From contig CAVXWP010000007.1 in the NCBI GenBank assembly GCA_963765495.1, forward strand, positions 768,001-832,000: 64,000 nt of DNA. Direction: 5' to 3'. The notes under the pieces were generated by a model. It was given only the letters and a program-made list of their open reading frames with translations. It ran no database searches and was not told the origin of the DNA. The position numbers were made by a program, and so were the translations under genes. Source of the stretch: Blastocatellia bacterium (lineage in GTDB: Bacteria; Acidobacteriota; Blastocatellia; UBA7656). Of the stretch, positions 40,339 through 50,737 are shown one piece after another. Position 1 is the stretch's first letter, and each line of letters begins with the position of its first letter.

Positions 40339-41405
40339 TTTTTTACTTCTTCTGTCGGCGCATAGTAGCCACGGCGATGAATTATGCGTAAATCTGGCCG
40401 ACCGTCGAGACGCAACTCGATGCGGCGGAATGAACCGTCGCGCGCCGTGTTTGTTGGTGAGTAAGCCAGTATGTATTGGCTCCGCATTTCGTTCTCTATC
40501 TGTCGAAAATCATCCAGCAAATCATCCGGGCCGTGCGGGAAGTATGCCCTTCCACCCGTTTCTGCGCTCAGTCTTCTGAGAATATCTTCGCGCACGCCTT
40601 CAAATCTGAAGCGGTCGCCTATGCCGATTGAGTATACGACAACGCCCGCGCGCCAGGCGCGGTCTATCGCCTCTTCAAGATTGCGACTGCTTGCGTTATC
40701 GACTCCGTCGGTCAGCAGGATTACGGCCCGCCTTGTGATCTCATCATCCGTACCGCTTGCCCGGGAAATGTCGTGGGCGAGGATTTCATCGGCTGTGATA
40801 TAGACGGCATCATAGAGCGCCGTGGCCTGCTTGCGCGTGGACGAGGGGCCAAAGCGGCGCGCATATTCGACATCGTCGAATGCCCGTTTGAGCGTGTCTG
40901 TGCGCGAGGTAAGCCCCTGCACAAGCTCTACGTCATCCTGAAATGTGAGTATCGCCGCAGAGTCTTTGCCGGGTCTTATGATCGAGCGCAAAAATTCGTT
41001 GGCGGCAGCCCGCTCCTGCGGAAAGGTATATTCCTGACTGCCGGAAAGGTCCAGGAGAATGGCTATATTGATAGGAAGCGTCGATTCGCGTTTAAAGGTG
41101 AATACCTCTTGAGGTTTGCCGTCTTCAAGCACCGACACCTCTTCCGGGCGGATGTCGCTGACTATGTGGTTATTGCGGTCCACCACGGTAAATAGCAGGT
41201 TGACGAGTTCCGTGCCGAGTTTCAACGGCTCTTCGTTTCCGGCTATGTCATCGTCTTTGTCGGACTGATCTTTGCCGGGGTTTTGCTTCTGTTGAGTCTT
41301 CGCATCCCCTCTGCGGTCTGATTTCTGCGCGGGTCTCGGTTTTTGCGCCGCCCCGGTCGAGGCCAGCAATGCTACTATCGCCAATGTCGCTATAGCGTTT
41401 CTCAT
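40335..41405 (-). CDS. Acidobacterial VWA-domain secreted protein
   Basis: DLSGS, TALYDA, LTDGVD, ETGGRAY, QYILAYSP, RRGYYA. Confidence 0.9.
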   Translation of the reverse strand: MRNAIATLAIVALLASTGAAQKPRPAQKSDRRGDAKTQQKQNPGKDQSDKDDDIAGNEEPLKLGTELVNLLFTVVDRNNHIVSDIRPEEVSVLEDGKPQEVFTFKRESTLPINIAILLDLSGSQEYTFPQERAAANEFLRSIIRPGKDSAAILTFQDDVELVQGLTSRTDTLKRAFDDVEYARRFGPSSTRKQATALYDAVYITADEILAHDISRASGTDDEITRRAVILLTDGVDNASSRNLEEAIDRAWRAGVVVYSIGIGDRFRFEGVREDILRRLSAETGGRAYFPHGPDDLLDDFRQIENEMRSQYILAYSPTNTARDGSFRRIELRLDGRPDLRIIHRRGYYAPTEEVKK

Positions 41406-41440
41406 ATATTGATCCGATCCTGTTACTGAAATTCAGGCAA

Positions 41441-42400
41441 TCAATAGGCGTATCCCTGCTTATAATGTAGACGCCCGTCAGCCGAGACAAGTTTTACTTT
41501 TATCTCGCGTTTCTTGCCGGTCTTGTCCTGATTCAGGGGCTCATAAAAAATGACGTATTCCTGTCTGAGGTCGCGCGCCACCTGCGAGAAGGCCCGGAAG
41601 AGTTCCAGTTTCTGAGAAGGCAAAAACGTCTGCCCTCCCGTGGCTTCGCAAAGCTCTCGAAGCTTTTTATCATCGGACGAATCGGTCGTTCCCGCATCTA
41701 TGCCCGTAAAATTCTTTGTGCTGATGCCGAATATAGTCACATCATACTGTTGCGCAAGGGCTATAGCCTCTTGCAGCGAATGCTCGCTGGCCGTGTCCTC
41801 GCCGTCGGAGAGCACGACAATAACGCGCCGGGCATCCGAATCATCAATGTTAGACATCTTCTCTTCGATCACGCGATAGATGCCGTCGTAGAGTTTGGTG
41901 TAGCCACCCGCCTTCAGTTTTCTGACCGCGCGAATGAGCAACTCCTGGTTATCGGTAAAATCCTGCTGCAACGATACCTCGGAATCAAAATTGGCAAGCA
42001 ATGCCTTATCTTTACGAACAATAGAAATGATGGTCGAGATGAAGTCTTCGGCAGCGTCTTTTTCAAGCGGCAGTTTAAGCTTTACGCTATTGCTTGTGTC
42101 CATCAGCACGCCCACGCGAAGCGGCAGTTTGGCCGGCGAGAGAAACTCTTCGATCTTCTGCTTTTTACCGTCTTCATAAACCTCGAAATTCGCCCGGGTC
42201 AGCCCTTTAACAAAGCCGTCTTTGACCTTGACCGTTACAGGCAAACGCACTTTTAATATGCCGATTTGCGTAACCTTTTCCTGTTCGGCCTGTGGTTTTT
42301 GCTGCCTGGTTTTATCGGTCTGTTTTTGCGCAACCCCAACCGCTCCAACCAACAGAACGATTGATGCAAGCGGAATTGCAAATACTGATGCACGTTTCAT
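41441..42400 (-). CDS. Acidobacterial VWA-domain secreted protein
   Basis: DTSNS, TKLYD, LSDGED, ATGG, KQGY. Confidence 0.88.
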   Translation of the reverse strand: MKRASVFAIPLASIVLLVGAVGVAQKQTDKTRQQKPQAEQEKVTQIGILKVRLPVTVKVKDGFVKGLTRANFEVYEDGKKQKIEEFLSPAKLPLRVGVLMDTSNSVKLKLPLEKDAAEDFISTIISIVRKDKALLANFDSEVSLQQDFTDNQELLIRAVRKLKAGGYTKLYDGIYRVIEEKMSNIDDSDARRVIVVLSDGEDTASEHSLQEAIALAQQYDVTIFGISTKNFTGIDAGTTDSSDDKKLRELCEATGGQTFLPSQKLELFRAFSQVARDLRQEYVIFYEPLNQDKTGKKREIKVKLVSADGRLHYKQGYAY

Positions 42401-42548
42401 AAGTTTTAAGGGAACCTCCGGCTACTCAGGTCTGATGTAATTGATATTTTTTACGATGCACGAGCAAAAAAAATTATAGAGGCCCGTTGGAAGGGGTGTC
42501 AATGAATGGCTTCATCGGTGAAAGGGTTAGGCGCGCTTTCAGCCCGCT

Positions 42549-43031
42549 TTAGCCTCGATCTTGTGGATCGGTGGACCTGTTCAATTGCCGGGTAGTGTGT
42601 TCGGTGACCGAAGGCGGCGGCGTGAGTTCGCCTGTTGTGCGTCGGGGAGACTCGGGTGCGCGCGGCTCGACGGGCATACTCCTGTGCGGCGTCGTGGGCA
42701 AAGACGGCTGCCCGTATCTGGAGGCTACGACCTCTGCCACGCCTTTGCCGAGCAGAGAAAACGCCGGGATGAGCATCCACACGCCCCACCATTCTTTTGA
42801 AATCCACAGCGCGATTGCGACTATCAAAAAGGCCAGGCCGACAAACGACTTGCTGATCCCGTTGGAGAGTCTGGAAGGACTGCCCTGCTCGAAATCTTTT
42901 TTTGAGTCGGGGTTGTCGGCTTCGGGCAACTGCCCGGACAATGCTTGCGGCACGAGGCTCAGGTTCGCCCCGCACGTGCGGCAGAACTTGGTCGTGTCGG
43001 TGTTTGATGATCCGCAGTTGGGGCAGTACAT
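42549..43031 (-). CDS. Zinc-ribbon membrane protein
   Basis: MYCPNCG...FCRTCG, two TM segments, [12 protein letters not shown] tail. Confidence 0.8.
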   Translation of the reverse strand: MYCPNCGSSNTDTTKFCRTCGANLSLVPQALSGQLPEADNPDSKKDFEQGSPSRLSNGISKSFVGLAFLIVAIALWISKEWWGVWMLIPAFSLLGKGVAEVVASRYGQPSLPTTPHRSMPVEPRAPESPRRTTGELTPPPSVTEHTTRQLNRSTDPQDRG

Positions 43032-43077
43032 AATCCCTTCCTCTCTCCTTCGAAGCTTATAACTTTCAGTTGAGTTT

Positions 43078-44037
43078 TTAAAGCACTTTAACGTCCTGAC
43101 GAAGGTTGAACTCGACTTCTATATTCTGCCAGCAAGGAATCGCCACGCCATCTTTCGTCCCCGGAGTGAACTTCAGCTTCTTTGCGGCTTTGACGGCTTC
43201 TTCGTTTAACCCGTAGCCCGGACCTGACAGCATTAGCACATCGATCACCTCGCCGTTTTCATTTATAGATACGGCCAATCGGACGATGCCGCTTATATGT
43301 GCATTACGCGCCCTGTCCGTATATGAGGGGAAGGGCCTATTGACCGGGATCGGCGTCTTATAGGTCGCGTCTTTTTTCTCAGCCGAAAAGGCGACGAAAC
43401 TCCTGAACGCCTCGACCTGTTTTCGCAACTCGGCGACTCCCCCGTCGTCCGGGAACAATTGAAGCGCCTTTTCATAAGATTCCAATGCACGCGCATACTG
43501 CTCTTTTCTTTTATCGCCGCTCTCTTCGGGTTTGTATAAGAGACTGAGATCGCCTTTCAATTTGTAGGAAGGCGCATAGTTTGGATACTGCCCGATAGCT
43601 ATCTCCACCTCCTTGTTTGCTTCGGCGACGTCTCCGGTTTCGGCAAAAAGTTGCGCAAGCAGATAATGCGCCTCCGGATAATCCGCCTGAATCTTTATGG
43701 TCTTCTTAACATGCTCCAGAGCCTTTTCCAATTTTTCCTCGTGCCAGTAAATGCTTGCAAGCATCAGATGGGCCTGCGGCAAATCCTGCTCGATCTTCAA
43801 TGCCTGCTCGAACGCTTTCCGGGCCGATTTGAAATCTTTGTCTTTGTAAGCCTCCAATCCCTTTGAAAGAAATTGCGAGGCGGCCTCCTGTTTGGGCGCG
43901 TTCTGTTTGGGCGCGTTCTGTTTGGGCACGCCCAAACAGAAGGCCGCCTCACCGAGAGCAGGTGATAACGCGAACGCGAGACCTGCGATCAGCGCCATCG
44001 CGCACAGCTTGACCGTTTTGAAACCGCTGCCCATCAT
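43078..44037 (-). CDS. TPR + TonB C-terminal domain protein
   Basis: Signal region, TPRs, PSYTDRAR...GIVRL...[11 protein letters not shown]...FTPG TonB_C motif; 15-bp tandem repeat (PKQNA) at 43888-43927. Confidence 0.85.
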   Translation of the reverse strand: MMGSGFKTVKLCAMALIAGLAFALSPALGEAAFCLGVPKQNAPKQNAPKQEAASQFLSKGLEAYKDKDFKSARKAFEQALKIEQDLPQAHLMLASIYWHEEKLEKALEHVKKTIKIQADYPEAHYLLAQLFAETGDVAEANKEVEIAIGQYPNYAPSYKLKGDLSLLYKPEESGDKRKEQYARALESYEKALQLFPDDGGVAELRKQVEAFRSFVAFSAEKKDATYKTPIPVNRPFPSYTDRARNAHISGIVRLAVSINENGEVIDVLMLSGPGYGLNEEAVKAAKKLKFTPGTKDGVAIPCWQNIEVEFNLRQDVKVL

Positions 44038-44040
44038 TGC

Positions 44041-45654
44041 TCAATTTCCCGCCATGTCGCTTGATCCGACAAAGATAATTTCCACGCGCCGGTTTAGCGC
44101 GCGCCCGGCCCTGGTCTTCTTTGTCGTGAGGGGCGCAGACGACCCGAGCGATTCTACTCGCATACTCGATGAAGGCACGCCGTATGCAGCTATGTAATCG
44201 GCCACGGCCTGCGCGCGTCCCAGGGCGAAATTTTCAGCCTCGACTCGCGGGTCGGAGTGGCCCTGGATGGCAAACTTGATGTTGGGATGCGCGCCAATCG
44301 CCTGGCCAAGCGATTCCATCTTGGATTTTACACGCAGGGCGAGCGATGTCTGGTTCGCTACAAAATAATTGTCGGGCAGCACTATTACAAAACCGTTCGC
44401 CGCAGGCTTCACCGTCATTATGCGCGAAAGCGTAGCCCGCAGGTCTTCAAATTCTCGGCGGCGCGTTGCTGCCTCTCTGCGTTCGGCCTCTTCCCGCTCC
44501 ATAGCCTCCACGCGAGAACTGACTTCACTCAACCTGGCCGTGGCCGATGAACTCTGATTCTGAAGGCTCACCACCTGCGCCCGCGCTTCGGCAAGGTCCC
44601 GGTTTTGCCGTTCAACCTGTTCGCGCAACTGATCGTTTTCGTTCTGAAGCTGGCGGATTTCTGCCCGCGCATCCGCCGCATCCCTCAGCGCGCGGCTCAG
44701 TTGCTCTTCGGAGTTTGCGCGCGACAATTCTGAGGCGCGCAATCGGGTCTGTGCCTCGTTCAGTTCGGATTGAAGATCGGTAGCGTTTTCCGTGGCGCGG
44801 CGAACCTCTTCGTCACGTCTGGCGATCTCGGCCCGGCGCGCTGCCGCTTCGGCGCGCTCTTCGGCGATGTCGCGCGTCTTTACCGAAAGCGAGATTGATT
44901 CGCGCGATATTCGCCCCACTTCGTGGACGCTGGCCCCGCCTCGGAAAGCCGTTTCGGCATCTTCAAGCCCACGCACGGCCGCTTTGTAATCGGCCGGGTC
45001 ATAGCGTTCGCCGTCTGCAAGCTTGGCGATCTGTACCGCCCTGCGCGCCTGTAAAAGCTCCATAGGCGTCTTGTTGTAATCGCGCTCGGCAAGCGTGGGC
45101 ACGGACGTATCGGTGTAGTATTTGCCCGAATCGCCGGTGAAAAATATCTCGCTTGCCTGCACCTCCACTTTGTTTGTGGCCGGGGTCAGGTTTTCGAGTA
45201 TGACCATTTGCGAAGGCAGTCTGACCAGATAATGCGGCTCGGCAGTCACTATCATTGCAAAGGTCTGATAAGAAGTGGCGGTCTTGAGCCGGGCCGACCC
45301 GCCCGACAGGCGAAACTCGCCAAGATTATCCACCTGCCCGGCTGGCGTTATCGCCCACAGCACGTATGTGTTGTAATCCGCGCCGAAATTATAAGCCGGT
45401 ATCAATTTCTCAACGGTGATGTCTATCTCGCTTGTGTTTCGCTTGCGCCATCGCTCTACCGTAGCTTCACCCTTGGCTTCGGGTCTGAGTCTGGTTCCGC
45501 CCAGTTGCACCTTTACCGGGTCTCGGAAGTAGGTGATCGCTATCGTTCTTCGGCGCACGTCGCCACCGGCTTGCGCACTGGCGATTGTGTTCACTGACAG
45601 CACGATAATTGCTGCGATCATCATGCCAGTTGAAAAAAACTGAGATCGTTTCAT
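44041..45654 (-). CDS. Coiled-coil OmpA-family peptidoglycan-binding protein
   Basis: Signal peptide, YVLWAITP/VTAEP N-domain, long coiled coil, GHSD...RAQAVADY...NRRVEI OmpA motif. Confidence 0.85.
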   Translation of the reverse strand: MKRSQFFSTGMMIAAIIVLSVNTIASAQAGGDVRRRTIAITYFRDPVKVQLGGTRLRPEAKGEATVERWRKRNTSEIDITVEKLIPAYNFGADYNTYVLWAITPAGQVDNLGEFRLSGGSARLKTATSYQTFAMIVTAEPHYLVRLPSQMVILENLTPATNKVEVQASEIFFTGDSGKYYTDTSVPTLAERDYNKTPMELLQARRAVQIAKLADGERYDPADYKAAVRGLEDAETAFRGGASVHEVGRISRESISLSVKTRDIAEERAEAAARRAEIARRDEEVRRATENATDLQSELNEAQTRLRASELSRANSEEQLSRALRDAADARAEIRQLQNENDQLREQVERQNRDLAEARAQVVSLQNQSSSATARLSEVSSRVEAMEREEAERREAATRRREFEDLRATLSRIMTVKPAANGFVIVLPDNYFVANQTSLALRVKSKMESLGQAIGAHPNIKFAIQGHSDPRVEAENFALGRAQAVADYIAAYGVPSSSMRVESLGSSAPLTTKKTRAGRALNRRVEIIFVGSSDMAGN

Positions 45655-45734
45655 AAGACTTTCCCCTCATTGTGTAAATTGGGCAAACCACATATCCTGC
45701 TCAACCGCAGCCCGCCCCTGTGCCTTTATGCTTA

Positions 45735-46415
45735 TTATTTCCAAACGCTGATAACGGCGCGAGGTTTCACCAAGTAGGATATTAACAAGGAGTGGTAGCC
45801 GCTTGCCAGGCAACGAGTCGCAATCGGTGGTCTTCGGGCCAGAAACGACCCGTTTACTCGGCAGGTGTCTTCATACTCTTGTTCATGCTCATCGAGACAT
45901 GCCGGACATATCGAGTGGCTGATTTCAGCGGCCGAGTGGTTTGACATATAAGCCTCCACGCCGTACCAGAACTTATCGTCATCGCGAATGCTCTTGCACC
46001 AGGCGCAAACGGGCAGAATCCCGCGCAGCACCTGAACATCGGCCTGCAAGGCCAGAATCCGCTCGGCGACCCTGAGCCTCGCTCTCACCTCGTCCGGGTC
46101 AAACGGCTTTGTCAGGTAATCGTCGGCTCCGGCTTCCATGCCTCCCAGATAATCTTTCTTATCAATTCTGGACGTGAGCAGAATAAAATAACAATACTCG
46201 CTGCGCGGCGAAGACCTTATCCTGCCGCAAAGCTCGGGGCCGTCAAGTCCCGGCATCATCCAGTCTGATATTATTATGCGGTAGTCACCCGATTGATATG
46301 TTTCCCAGGCCTCTTCGCCGTTGCCGCAAGAGGTTACGTTATGCCCCCATTTCTGCAATGTTCTGGTCAGCAACAGGCGCGAAACCGCATCATCTTCGGC
46401 GATCAAGATATTCAT
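45735..46415 (-). CDS. Response regulator with Cys/His C-terminal motif
   Basis: ILIAEDD, SDWMMP, GADDYLTKPF; C-terminal CAWCK...SHSICPAC. Confidence 0.88.
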   Translation of the reverse strand: MNILIAEDDAVSRLLLTRTLQKWGHNVTSCGNGEEAWETYQSGDYRIIISDWMMPGLDGPELCGRIRSSPRSEYCYFILLTSRIDKKDYLGGMEAGADDYLTKPFDPDEVRARLRVAERILALQADVQVLRGILPVCAWCKSIRDDDKFWYGVEAYMSNHSAAEISHSICPACLDEHEQEYEDTCRVNGSFLARRPPIATRCLASGYHSLLISYLVKPRAVISVWK

Positions 46416-46525
46416 ACCCGTACCTTTTTATTCGAGGGACAACTCGATAACCACTTCTTCAACCCGGGAGCAACCTTTGCAATGATTATATCTCACACCT
46501 GATCGAAGACAATACTTTCGTATTC

Positions 46526-46617
46526 TGATGCGTGAAGAGTGATGCGTGACTTTCAGGCCATCACCTTTTGACATGGATAGCTGATTTCATAAATCACGCA
46601 TCACGCATCACGCATCA
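46526..46617. repeat. Heptamer-arm inverted element (TGATGCG family)
   Basis: TGATGCG-TGAAGAG-TGATGCG ... (TCACGCA)3; spacer similar to that at 9638-9690. Confidence 0.88.
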
Positions 46618-46633
46618 GCCGCAAACCCCTCCC

Positions 46634-49600
46634 TCAGCAGGAGAGCACCTGGCTGAGCGTGGCTTTGATGTCGTCCAGATGAATAGGCTTGAAGAGGACT
46701 TCGTTTACAAGCTCGTGACGATGTTTCACGGTTTCAGGCGGCAGGGCGTATCCGGTTATCAGGACTATTTTTGTGTCGGGCCAACGGCGGCGAATCTCGC
46801 GCGCTACGGCCCATCCGTCCATCTCAGGCATTGCGAGGTCGGTGAATACCAGATCGAATTTCCCGGTTTCAAGCTTGGCCAGAGCTTCACTGCCGCTTGC
46901 CGCCTCTTCCGTGTAATGGCCGGTTGAATTGAGCATGCCTGCCATCGCTTCTCGCACTCGCTCGTCATCGTCAATGACCAGGATGCTGGCCGCTTCCAGG
47001 CTTGAGGTGCGGGCCTGCGCCATCTTTTTCAACGCGGCAGACCCTGTCGGAAGCGAGATTGCGAAAGTCGAACCACGACCCAGAACGCTTCTGACTTCGA
47101 ATCGTCCGCTGTGGCGCTCGATGATGCTGTAGCTCACGGCAAGTCCCAGCCCCATCCCCTTTGCGCCCTTCGTGGTGAAGAACGGCTCAAAGATGTGGCG
47201 GCGAACTTCCCGGTTCATTCCCACCCCGCTGTCTATAAAGCTCACCTTCACCAGCGAGTCTTTCGCCTCAGTAACGATACGCAGCCGCCCGCCCATAGGC
47301 ATCGCGTCGAGCGCGTTCAGAATCAGGTTGACGAATACCTCGCGCAACTCCGATGCCGACCCCAGAGCCGGGGGGACCTGCTTCAGATCGAGATCGACTT
47401 CGTAGTTGATGCCGCGAGCCTGCGCATCGTCTCTCCATCGAGCGCAGGTTAGCGTGGTCGAGTCCTGGATAAGCTGGTTGACATCAATCGAGCCATAAAC
47501 GGTCTGATCCTGTTGCAGGCCAAAGCCCTGTATGCGTTTGACGGTCTGCGCGCCGTCGAGCGCGGCGCTTTCGATAATCTCTAACCGCTGGATGGCACGT
47601 TCATCCTTGCAGTCACGCTTCATCAACTGGGCGTGGCCGAGCACGGCGGCCAGTATGTTGTTAAAGTTGTGCGCGACGCCTGATGCCAGCTGGCCAAGCG
47701 CCCTGAGCTTTTCGGCCTGCGCCGCTCGCTCGCTCGCAAGGCGATCTTCGGTTATATCGCGCGCTATCCCGAGCACGCTCGACACCCGCCCTTCATCGTA
47801 GATGGGCGTGTAGGTGACTAACAGCAGTCGTGCTTCGCCCTCTCTGGTCAGCCCTCGCATTTCGAATGTCTGCGCCTGTCCGGCGAGCACGCGCGCGAAT
47901 CGTTCAAGGGTTATATTTTTATCCTCAGGCGGTATGAACAGCCAGCAATGAGCGTTTGTCAACTCTTCACGAGAGTAGCCGGAAAGCGTAGTCAGTTGTT
48001 CGTTAAACCAGACAAGACGACCTTCGGGCACGACCGCAAAAATGGCGTCGTTTGCATGCTCTATGAGCTTCGCAAGAAATCCGCGCTGCTCGCGAGCCAC
48101 GGCTTCGGCGGCGCGCAACTCCGATAAATCACGCACTATGCAGACCGCGCCGAGCGAGTCTTTTTCCACCTGGCTTATCACGGGAGAAATAGTGACCAGA
48201 ACGGGCCGCGCCATGTGCTCGGGCACAAGCTCGAAGGTTATCGCTTTCCCCGTTTTTAATACCTTCGAGACCATGCATTCTTCGCCCTGTATTCCCTGCA
48301 TCAGAGTACAGCATCTGCGACCGAGTAATTCCTGTATGCTTGTTCCCTCAAGGTTTGCCGCCATCTTATTGACCCGCTTGAGCAGGCCCTGTTGATCGAA
48401 TATGAATATGCCGTCTGTGAGCGCGTCAAAGGTGGCTTCCCATTCGTGCTTGCCGTGAGAGACCTGCTCGAACAATTCGGCGCGCTCAAGCGCGATAAAG
48501 ACCTGATTTGCCGCCGCGCGCATGATCTCTACTTCATCATCGGTCCATTCGCGTGGTCCGTTCTCCATGGCGGCCGTGATCGTGAGGCGCGGAGCGCCCC
48601 TATAGAAGACTCCTACCGCCACGAGCGCGCGCATATTGAGCGGGCCGAACAGACGGTCGATGTATGGAGCAAAGCGCGGGTCGGCTTCAACATCGGCGCA
48701 GATGAGAGAGTCGGTCTCAAGCATCTTCCCGAGATCGGGATACCCATCTACCGAAATAGTCCCCACGGGTCTGGATGTCTCTCCACGGCTGTACTGGCAC
48801 TCGACCGCCCATGTCCCCGCCTTCTGATCGAGTCTGCCGATAAGCACCTTGTCGACCGAGAGATATTCGGCAAGCTTGCCGGCCACGAGCGGGAAAATCT
48901 CGCTCAGGCGGTTCGACTGGTTGATGCCGTGAATGATGTGGCTGATGAGTGCTTCGCGCTGGGCCGCCTGTCTGGTCTCTTCAAAGAGATGGCCGTGAGA
49001 GACGGCCACTTCTATCTGGGCGGTAATCAATTCGACCATAGCGATCTCGCAGACATTCCATTTGCGGAAACAGTCGGTCTGGACAATCGAGAGCGCGCCC
49101 CAGAATTGATCGTTGACGAATATCGGGCAGATGATTTCGGAAAGACTTATAGTCTCGACCTGCCAGGCGCGAACGGTCGCCGCCTGCTCGGGATACCGGG
49201 CGATAAAGGCAGGCACGTCGTCTATGATGAGTGTGCGGCGCGAATCGTCCAACTGGCGCATCAGGTAATCTCCGGCCTTTGCCGGAACGTTTTGCATCGA
49301 GAGAGCGGGATCGTCCACATACTCGGCGACAACTACCATCTCGTCGCCGGTCAGCTTGCGAAAATTTGTGCGGTTTGCCCCGAGTGCGCGACCGAGCTCC
49401 TGCACGGCTACCTTGAGCGCCTCCTGGAGATCGAGCGAGCGACGGATGGCCGATACTATCAGATTGACCTGAGTTGCCTGCTCGGCCGACTCTCTGGCCT
49501 TGCGGTAGAGTTCAGCCTGATAGAGCGCGACGGCTGTCTGTTCGGCCACGAGTCTGACAAGCGCAATCTCTTCTTCGGAAAAGCTCCTCGGCTCGTTGCA

Positions 49601-50596
49601 CTGCTCAAGGGCCAGGGCGGCGACCGTTTCGCCGTTATAGGCAACAGGGGCGAGCGCCAGCGCGCGCACGCCTATGCCTATGTTCAGGGCGCGCGCTTCC
49701 TGATGCTTCTCCTCCGTATCGGACAGGATTATCATCTCGCCCGCAAGAAACTGCTCTCTGTTAAGACCCGGTTCGATGATGAGGCTCGCGCCCAGCAGAC
49801 TCGGCACGAGAACGCTTGCGCGGTACTCGGCTCGCGCCGTCATAGAGGGAAATTCGTTCTGCTCGCTAAATCTGTTTTCTCCAAGCTCGGAGCGCGCATA
49901 GATGACCGTACGCGCTACGCCAAGCGCGGTCCCCGCGGCCTCGACTGCTACTTTGAGCACATCATCGACGCCGGTTGCCATCCTTATAGCGGTCAACAAC
50001 CTGTTGATCATCGCCTCGCGCTCGACGGCGATTCTGGTCATCTCTTTCAAGCGGGCCTGATGAATTGCCAGGCTCAGGGCCGAGGCTATTGCCTGCAAAC
50101 AATGTTTCTCTTGCTCAGAGAATCGTTTGCCCCTGGCCCTGTAGATTATCAGGGTCGCGACCGCCTTCGATTCGATTGATATGGGAGCGATCAGGATGGA
50201 CTTTATCTGCTGACCGGATGTTGAAGATTTCGTCAGGCCCGATAGAAAAGCGACCACCTTCGGATCCGATTCGGCATCGATTTCGATCAGGCGAGTTTGA
50301 TCGCTTATGCCCGAGGTAATCTCTTCCTCAACCGCCGCGAATGTGGCCCCGCTCGCCGTCGCCGTATTTGAAGAGTTATAAGCTGCTGCAAACCTCAACC
50401 TGTATTCACCGAGGCCGATAATGACCGCGCGAGTCGCGTCGAGATTGCGCCCGACCTCTTCCGCCGCAACTGAAAGCACATCTTTCAAATCAACGGATGT
50501 GGCAATACAGTTGTTGATCCGGTCTATCAGTGCCCAGTGTTTTGTCCGGTCATCACGTCCGACAAACAGATTTTCTTTTAAGGCAGAGATTCCCAT
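46634..50596 (-). CDS. Hybrid sensor histidine kinase (multiple GAF, 2 PAS, HisKA, HATPase, REC)
   Basis: Repeated GAF units, WEATFDA PAS, GVAHNFNN H-box, NLILNALDAM, DSGVGM, FFTTK, GLGL, C-terminal REC (TDLAMP). Confidence 0.92.
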   Translation of the reverse strand: MGISALKENLFVGRDDRTKHWALIDRINNCIATSVDLKDVLSVAAEEVGRNLDATRAVIIGLGEYRLRFAAAYNSSNTATASGATFAAVEEEITSGISDQTRLIEIDAESDPKVVAFLSGLTKSSTSGQQIKSILIAPISIESKAVATLIIYRARGKRFSEQEKHCLQAIASALSLAIHQARLKEMTRIAVEREAMINRLLTAIRMATGVDDVLKVAVEAAGTALGVARTVIYARSELGENRFSEQNEFPSMTARAEYRASVLVPSLLGASLIIEPGLNREQFLAGEMIILSDTEEKHQEARALNIGIGVRALALAPVAYNGETVAALALEQCNEPRSFSEEEIALVRLVAEQTAVALYQAELYRKARESAEQATQVNLIVSAIRRSLDLQEALKVAVQELGRALGANRTNFRKLTGDEMVVVAEYVDDPALSMQNVPAKAGDYLMRQLDDSRRTLIIDDVPAFIARYPEQAATVRAWQVETISLSEIICPIFVNDQFWGALSIVQTDCFRKWNVCEIAMVELITAQIEVAVSHGHLFEETRQAAQREALISHIIHGINQSNRLSEIFPLVAGKLAEYLSVDKVLIGRLDQKAGTWAVECQYSRGETSRPVGTISVDGYPDLGKMLETDSLICADVEADPRFAPYIDRLFGPLNMRALVAVGVFYRGAPRLTITAAMENGPREWTDDEVEIMRAAANQVFIALERAELFEQVSHGKHEWEATFDALTDGIFIFDQQGLLKRVNKMAANLEGTSIQELLGRRCCTLMQGIQGEECMVSKVLKTGKAITFELVPEHMARPVLVTISPVISQVEKDSLGAVCIVRDLSELRAAEAVAREQRGFLAKLIEHANDAIFAVVPEGRLVWFNEQLTTLSGYSREELTNAHCWLFIPPEDKNITLERFARVLAGQAQTFEMRGLTREGEARLLLVTYTPIYDEGRVSSVLGIARDITEDRLASERAAQAEKLRALGQLASGVAHNFNNILAAVLGHAQLMKRDCKDERAIQRLEIIESAALDGAQTVKRIQGFGLQQDQTVYGSIDVNQLIQDSTTLTCARWRDDAQARGINYEVDLDLKQVPPALGSASELREVFVNLILNALDAMPMGGRLRIVTEAKDSLVKVSFIDSGVGMNREVRRHIFEPFFTTKGAKGMGLGLAVSYSIIERHSGRFEVRSVLGRGSTFAISLPTGSAALKKMAQARTSSLEAASILVIDDDERVREAMAGMLNSTGHYTEEAASGSEALAKLETGKFDLVFTDLAMPEMDGWAVAREIRRRWPDTKIVLITGYALPPETVKHRHELVNEVLFKPIHLDDIKATLSQVLSC

Positions 50597-50604
50597 CTTT
50601 AGAA

Positions 50605-50732
50605 AGGGATGAGGGATGAGGGATGAGGGATGAAAAGGACTCTAGGGTTACGTTCCGATAAACTGGCTTGACCAATTACCGAAATGTTTCCCCACAATCC
50701 TTTTCATCCCTCATCCCTCATCCCCCATCCCT
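50605..50732. repeat. Heptamer-arm inverted element (GGATGAG family)
   Basis: (GGGATGA)4 ... (TCATCCC)n; inner GGATGAAAAGGACTCT shared with 12366-12381. Confidence 0.9.
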
Positions 50733-50737
50733 TCTCC

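Noticed and set aside
45735-45880. Possible frameshift in the response regulator tail
   Set aside because: The extension after CPAC looks atypical, but all domains are intact and no slippage evidence is visible.
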